Source of the DNA: Gammaproteobacteria bacterium
GTDB taxonomy: Bacteria > Pseudomonadota > Gammaproteobacteria > GCA-001735895
Direction: 5' to 3'
DNA length: 64,000 bases
NCBI GenBank assembly: GCA_050298595.1
Contig: JBNKUM010000028.1
Coordinates: forward strand, 39,075 to 103,074
Made by a program: the position numbers and the translations under genes. The notes below the pieces were generated by a model, which worked only from the letters and a program-made list of their open reading frames with translations, had not been told where the DNA came from and ran no database searches. Below are positions 58,905-64,000 of the stretch, piece by piece (position 1 is the first letter of the stretch; the number at the start of each line of letters is the position of its first letter).

Positions 58905-60075
58905 TATGTTGATCTGGCCAATGAAAAACGGATTTTTTCAGCGCCTTTTATTATTGCTGTTGGGTCTGGTGTATTTTTCTAATGCCTCAGCCCTGGTGCT
59001 ACCAGAAGATCGTGCGGATGTTCTCTATCATAGTTACGATGGTGGCGGTGCCGAGATATCCGGCCCTTCGATACTCATCAGAAAAAAGTTTAGCGAAAAT
59101 GTATCCGCCTCGTTTAATAACTATGTGGATAATGTTTCCAGTGCCTCTATTGATGTAATGACAACAGCCAGTAAATACACTGAGGAGCGTAAAGAAAACT
59201 CAATCAATCTGGATTATTTGCACGATAAAACTCTGATGAGTGTGGGTTATACCAACAGTAGTGAAAGTGATTATGATGCCGCTACAGTCAACCTGAATTT
59301 CTCTCAGGATTTTTTTGGTGATCTGACAACCCTGAGTATGGGTTATGCGATGGGTGACAATACGGTGAAGCGTAACGGAGACCCGGACTTTAAAGAAGAG
59401 CTACAATCTCGCAGTTACCGTGTATCACTATCTCAGGTAATCACTCAGGATACGATCATGTCCTTTGCGTTTGAATCTATCACCGATGAGGGTTTTCTTA
59501 ATAACCCCTATCGACAGGTACGCTATCTCAATTCTGCGGTAATATCTGGATATAGTTATATAGCTGAAAAGTACCCTAACACCAGGACCAGTAATGCTTT
59601 TGCGGTTAGCGCGCGTTACTATCTGTCGCAGCGCTCAGCCTTGCATGCGGGGTATCGTTACTTCAGTGATGACTGGGGGATAGAAGCTGATACCTTCGAG
59701 CTGGGTTATACCTTGCCTTATGATGAAGACTGGTTGCTGGAGTTTAGCTATCGATCTTATGGCCAGACTCATGCTGATTTTTATAGCGACCTATTACCTT
59801 TTTGGGAGCCAGGTAACGATCCGCAGACTTTTTATGGCAGAGACAAAGAACTAAGTACTTTTAACGATAGCTCTATTGGCGTGGGTGCAAGCTATGAGTT
59901 CAAAAAGAATGGTGATGGCTTTATAAAAAGAGGCACTGCCAACCTGTTTATCGATTACATCTCTTTTAACTACGATGACTTTAGAGATTTAACTAAAGCT
60001 GCAGCGCCTGGTGAAGAGCCTTTATATAAAATGGATGCTACGGTACTGCGCCTGTTTGTTTCGATCTGGTTTTAA
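58891..60075 (+). CDS. DUF3570-like outer-membrane beta-barrel protein
   Basis: Probable GTG start overlapping the GCGCN codons; D..SSAS/D..TTAS, SSESDY, G.LNNPYR, EKYPNTR, YRYFSDDWGI, SYRSYGQ; C-terminal Phe. Confidence 0.82.
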   Translation: MAVINMLIWPMKNGFFQRLLLLLLGLVYFSNASALVLPEDRADVLYHSYDGGGAEISGPSILIRKKFSENVSASFNNYVDNVSSASIDVMTTASKYTEERKENSINLDYLHDKTLMSVGYTNSSESDYDAATVNLNFSQDFFGDLTTLSMGYAMGDNTVKRNGDPDFKEELQSRSYRVSLSQVITQDTIMSFAFESITDEGFLNNPYRQVRYLNSAVISGYSYIAEKYPNTRTSNAFAVSARYYLSQRSALHAGYRYFSDDWGIEADTFELGYTLPYDEDWLLEFSYRSYGQTHADFYSDLLPFWEPGNDPQTFYGRDKELSTFNDSSIGVGASYEFKKNGDGFIKRGTANLFIDYISFNYDDFRDLTKAAAPGEEPLYKMDATVLRLFVSIWF

Positions 60076-60163
60076 TCCCTTCATGCTGGTTTGACAGCCC
60101 TGTAAATCTGCCGCAAACTGCTAAAATTCTCTAACAAAAGCTATCACAGGCAGGTTTTGTATC

Positions 60164-60547
60164 ATGAATCCGGAAAAAGTAGTCTTTGGGTTTTTTATCG
60201 TTCTCGCATTAACCCTCAACTTTGGATTTTTTATCGGTGAAATCGATAACCCGGATCATCACCATGTATATGAACTGTTTGCTGTGGTGGTGGTTAACCT
60301 GATTGCCACCATTCTCAAGTTTGGTGATCGCAGTCAAATGGGGGCGGTGTTACTGGCCACCAGCCTGGTCGCTATCCTGCAGTTAGTTGCAGCAACGCTG
60401 GTATGGGTGGCGGCTGAGCATATTACCGGTGTCGGACTGACCCCTGCGGTTACTTCAAGTATTGTTTCACTCTCAGGAGGTGCCATGCTTGCCAATGTGG
60501 TATCAGTGATATTACTCATCATTGAAACAGTGATGTTACGACGCTAA
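60164..60547 (+). CDS. Small 4-TM membrane protein (DUF6394-like)
   Basis: EKVVFGFFIVLALTLNFGF, NLIATILKFGD, LLATSLVA, GAMLANVVS. Confidence 0.7.
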   Translation: MNPEKVVFGFFIVLALTLNFGFFIGEIDNPDHHHVYELFAVVVVNLIATILKFGDRSQMGAVLLATSLVAILQLVAATLVWVAAEHITGVGLTPAVTSSIVSLSGGAMLANVVSVILLIIETVMLRR

Positions 60548-60562
60548 TCCTGGAATGTTTCG

Positions 60563-62281
60563 ATGGATAACATCGTTTTCCTGATCTTTCGGCGCATGCG
60601 CCGACCTTTGATTACCCTGCTAATCATCTATTCTATCTCGATATTAGGTCTGGTTTTAATTCCGGGTCTGGATGACAAGGGTAATGTCTGGCACATGGAT
60701 TTTTTCCATGCCTTTTATTTCGTCAGTTATATGTCTACCACCATTGGATTTGGCGAGATTCCATATGCTTTTAGTGATGCGCAACGGCTGTGGGTTACTC
60801 TGGCAATGTATGCCGGGGTTATAGGCTGGTTATATGCCATCAGTAATATCCTGACTCTGGTGCAGGATAAAACCTTTCAACTAGCATTAGCAGAAAACAA
60901 ATTTGCGCGACAGATCAGAGGTATGCGTCAGCCGTTTTATCTGGTGTGTGGTTATGGCGAAACCGGTAGTGCATTGGTGCGAGGATTAACCAATGTCGGT
61001 CAGCATGTAGTGGTGATCGAAATCAACGAATTTCGCAGCAATCTGACCAAACTTGATAACCTGCGCGATTTTGTACCGGTGTTACATGGCGATGCACAAA
61101 AGCCATTGCATCTGCAGGAGGCAGGGTTAGAAAACCCGCTGTGTCAGGCAGTGGTTGCGGTAACCAATGACAACGAAGCAAATCTCAAAATCGCTATCAC
61201 CAGTAAATTACTTCACCCCCGTATCAAGGTCATTTGCCGAGCCGACTCATACGATATTGAAAAGAATATGGCTTCTTTCGGGACCGATTATATTATCGAT
61301 CCCTATGAAACCTTTGCGCTTTCTCTGGTGACTGCTTTTCAGGTGCCTTGTCTGTACCTGATGCAACGCTGGTTATATTCCGGTTATGGAAAAGAAAGTC
61401 TGGAAGAACCCATTTATCCACCACAAAACAGCCACTGGATCATCTGTGGTTTTGGCCGTTTTGGAAAAGCATTGTATAAACGCATGATCAAGGAAGGGTT
61501 AGATGTGATTATCGTTGAAGCGAATTCACAGATGGTAGACCTGCCCCAGCAAGGCGTGATTGACGGTCGTGGAACCGAAGCTGAAACTTTACAATTAGCA
61601 GGTATAGAGAAAGCCTGCGGTTTGATAGCAGGGACTGATAATGATGCCAATAATCTATCTATCGTGGTTACCGCACGCGATCTGAATCCAGACCTGTTTG
61701 TTGTCGTACGTCAGAACCACTCAGACAATAGTGCGATTATTGATGCCGTCAAAGCTGATTTAGTGATGCACTCCAGCAAAATCATCGCGGATAAAATCCG
61801 CGTATTACTCGGAACGCCGATGCTTTACGAATTTATTTCGTTAGCAGCTTATCAGGAAAACGAATGGGCCTGTGAACTGGTCAGTCGTATTTCGGCGTTA
61901 GCTGGAAATCATGCTCCGCGTCTGGAAGAAATCGTAATCAACGAACGCATGGCAGAAGCGGTTTACCGGCATTTGCAGCAGGGAGGGGCGCTCACTGTGG
62001 GTGAATTATTGCGTGATTCCTGGCATAAAGAGACACAATTACATTGCATCGTATTAATGCTACAGCGGCATAACGATCATCGATTGTTACCAGCAGATGA
62101 TGTCGAGCTTAGAATAAATGACCGCCTGCTTGTATGTGCCCGTAGAGGTGGGTTTACTCGTCTGTTCTGGAATTTACAGCAGGAAACCATCCTCAGTTAT
62201 ATACGCACAGGAGAAGTCAGAAAGCATGGATGGTTGTGGCGCAAGTTAAGTGGTAGTGATCACTGGCGTGATAAATTGTGA
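60563..62281 (+). CDS. Potassium channel protein with two RCK/TrkA-N domains
   Basis: Pore signature TTIGFGE; Rossmann motifs CGYGETG and CGFGRFG. Confidence 0.88.
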   Translation: MDNIVFLIFRRMRRPLITLLIIYSISILGLVLIPGLDDKGNVWHMDFFHAFYFVSYMSTTIGFGEIPYAFSDAQRLWVTLAMYAGVIGWLYAISNILTLVQDKTFQLALAENKFARQIRGMRQPFYLVCGYGETGSALVRGLTNVGQHVVVIEINEFRSNLTKLDNLRDFVPVLHGDAQKPLHLQEAGLENPLCQAVVAVTNDNEANLKIAITSKLLHPRIKVICRADSYDIEKNMASFGTDYIIDPYETFALSLVTAFQVPCLYLMQRWLYSGYGKESLEEPIYPPQNSHWIICGFGRFGKALYKRMIKEGLDVIIVEANSQMVDLPQQGVIDGRGTEAETLQLAGIEKACGLIAGTDNDANNLSIVVTARDLNPDLFVVVRQNHSDNSAIIDAVKADLVMHSSKIIADKIRVLLGTPMLYEFISLAAYQENEWACELVSRISALAGNHAPRLEEIVINERMAEAVYRHLQQGGALTVGELLRDSWHKETQLHCIVLMLQRHNDHRLLPADDVELRINDRLLVCARRGGFTRLFWNLQQETILSYIRTGEVRKHGWLWRKLSGSDHWRDKL

Positions 62282-62325
62282 AGTTATAAAGTCATCCCTG
62301 AAACCCGCCTAAAGACGAGGGAATC

Positions 62326-62394
62326 TTGATCAATGCGAGACGTCGTGGAATGGCGGGCTATTCCAGGGAGTTACAAGGCTTCCGCGTCTTGCTC
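62326..62394 (-). repeat. Inverted internal fragment of the MITE-like repeat
   Basis: Reverse complement gagcaagacgcggaagccttgtaactccctggaatagcccgccattccacgacgtc matches 31154 onward with few mismatches. Confidence 0.85.
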
Positions 62395-62526
62395 TTTACG
62401 ATAGACGAAACAGTGGGTTACCCTCGATTAAACAGAGCCAGGTCAAAGCCTCGATTTCAGCGTTATACTGTCTTTTTTCAATGCGATAATAATATGTAGC
62501 TCCTCTCAAGCTAGACGAGGGTGATA

Positions 62527-62909
62527 ATGGATATGGAATTACTCATCAAGCTGGGCGGCATTTACTACATTATTCTGATTGTTTTTCATCTATTATTCTG
62601 GCGCATCTTCAACTGGCAGGAAGATCTCAGGTCTGTTTCATTTATCAATAGATCAACCATGCAGGTTATGAATATTTTTCTGATATTCGTATTTCTGTTT
62701 TTTTTGCCTGGATATCGTTATTTCATACCCAAGAAATACTCACAACTCCATTAGGTAACACCCTGTTAATTTCTATCACCTTGCTGTGGATAGGTCGTAG
62801 TGTTTTACAGGTGGTATTTTATAAGTTGAAACATTGGGCATCGGTTGTATTATTAGTTTGTTTCCTGTCAGGGGGCCTGTTGTATGGAATTCCTGCAATT
62901 TTTGGGTGA
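62527..62909 (+). pseudogene. Small membrane protein gene frameshifted at a T8 tract
   Basis: First frame reads ..FHLLFWRIFNW..QVMNIFLIFVFL; after T8 (62698-62705) another frame continues AWISLFHTQEILTTPLG...YGIPAIFG to a stop at 62907-62909. Confidence 0.75.
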
Positions 62910-62935
62910 TAAGGAAGCTTTGTGGAACGATTGAT

Positions 62936-63544
62936 ATGGCAAAAATAGACCTAAAAAAAGAATACAGGCATCTCTATGCTCCTTCGGCCAGGCAGGTTGT
63001 TGAGGTTGATGTGCCCGGCTTTAATTTCCTGATGATTGATGGGGTGGGTGATCCGAATACATCACAGAAATACGCCCAGGCGGTAGAGGCGTTATTCTCG
63101 GTTTCCTATAAGATAAAATTCATGATAAAGAAAGGGGTTGATGCCATTGATTATGCAGTGATGCCGCTTGAAGGACTGTGGTGGGCTGATGATATGTCGG
63201 CATTTGCCAGCAATGATAAATCGAACTGGAAGTGGACGATGATGATTATGCAACCTGCATTTGTTGATCAGAATATAATCGATGAAGCTATCAGCGAAGT
63301 GCAGAAGAAAAAAAATATATCGGCTATTTCCGAACTACGTTTCGAAGCGTTTACTGAAGGGCGTTGTGCCCAAATATTGCACATAGGGCCATTTTCTGAA
63401 GAAGGCCCGACCATTCAACGGGTACATAGCTTTATCGCTGAGCATTCAGCAATCACTGGCAAGCATCATGAGATTTATTTAAGCGATATTAGACGGGCGG
63501 CCCCCGAAAAATGGAAAACGGTTATTCGTCAACCGATGCTATAA
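62936..63544 (+). CDS. GyrI-like small-molecule-binding protein
   Basis: KIDLKKEY..LY.P, DG.GDPN, VMPLEGLWW, HIGPFSEE, HHEIYLSD.R, KTVIRQP; start MAKID. Confidence 0.88.
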   Translation: MAKIDLKKEYRHLYAPSARQVVEVDVPGFNFLMIDGVGDPNTSQKYAQAVEALFSVSYKIKFMIKKGVDAIDYAVMPLEGLWWADDMSAFASNDKSNWKWTMMIMQPAFVDQNIIDEAISEVQKKKNISAISELRFEAFTEGRCAQILHIGPFSEEGPTIQRVHSFIAEHSAITGKHHEIYLSDIRRAAPEKWKTVIRQPML

Positions 63545-63578
63545 GGCTTCGCTGTCTATGTGTTTAATAACAACTTGC

Positions 63579-64000
63579 CTAAACCTTAAAATGCCCCAGC
63601 AGCTTGTGTAACTGATGGTTAAGCTCATCCAGTTTTATTATGCTATCACTGATGCGCTCATTACTACTGCTAGATTGGGAATTGATGTCACGGATGTTGT
63701 CGAGATTCTGCTGCATGACGCCGGTTTTTTCATTCTGCGATGAGGTGGCCGTGGATATCTTGCTGATGGTATAGCCCATAGATTGAATATCTTCAGTGAT
63801 ACTGTTTAGAGATTCGGATGCAGTGCCTGTTGTAGACAGGGTTAGTTGCGCTTTTTCTCTACTCTTGATCATCACCGCAGCAGCTTGTTCCGATCCTTGT
63901 TGCAGGCGTTCTATGATCGCCCTTATCTCTTTGGTTGATTGCTGAGTACGGCTTGCAAGCGTTCTTACTTCATCTGCGACAACCGCAAAGCCTCTTCCCT
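63579..64000 (-). CDS. Methyl-accepting chemotaxis protein, C-terminal part (5' end outside the window)
   Basis: Reverse strand reads GRGFAVVADEVRTLASRTQQSTKEI, the MCP hairpin-tip motif. Confidence 0.92.
   Translation of the reverse strand, partial: GRGFAVVADEVRTLASRTQQSTKEIRAIIERLQQGSEQAAAVMIKSREKAQLTLSTTGTASESLNSITEDIQSMGYTISKISTATSSQNEKTGVMQQNLDNIRDINSQSSSSNERISDSIIKLDELNHQLHKLLGHFKV

Noticed and set aside
613-61650. Numerous 60-200 aa ORFs overlapping or antisense to assigned genes (e.g. 17618-18223, 11864-12280, 48795-49208, 58138-58581)
   Set aside because: Shadow frames of well-supported genes, with no motifs or RBS.
1-64000. CRISPR array, tRNA or rRNA genes
   Set aside because: No regularly spaced direct repeats, cloverleaf or rRNA-like sequence seen in the intergenic regions by eye.

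Overview
Chromosomal window from a gammaproteobacterium, probably a motile marine or sediment organism (inferred from gene content, not a database result). 0.2-38 kb is mostly metabolism and signalling: qor, a ketohexokinase-like kinase, diguanylate cyclases, a PHA locus (phaE-like/phaA/phaR/phaP/phaB) with malate synthase G where phaC normally sits, LysR, acnB, benE, class I aldolase, a small accessory patch with gene remnants, a moeA pair and ppdK. The main candidate for an under-described system is the ~22 kb divergent double operon at 38270-60075. It joins an Agl-Glt-like ExbB/ExbD/ExbD/TonB-like motor and TPR scaffold proteins to three exported c-type cytochromes (5 CxxCH motifs, including a hydrazine-synthase-alpha-like beta-propeller lipoprotein and a LamG diheme lipoprotein), a Tat-exported protein, two outer-membrane barrels and an ApbE/TlpA/DUF4266/DUF3570 flavinylation-thiol redox module. 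One ExbD carries Asn at the position of the normally essential Asp. Also found: a dispersed MITE-like repeat (3 copies or fragments), PhaR and XRE operator motifs, a candidate sRNA and two pseudogenes. No rRNA, tRNA or CRISPR array was seen. Family names were recognised by eye from motifs; no searches were run.
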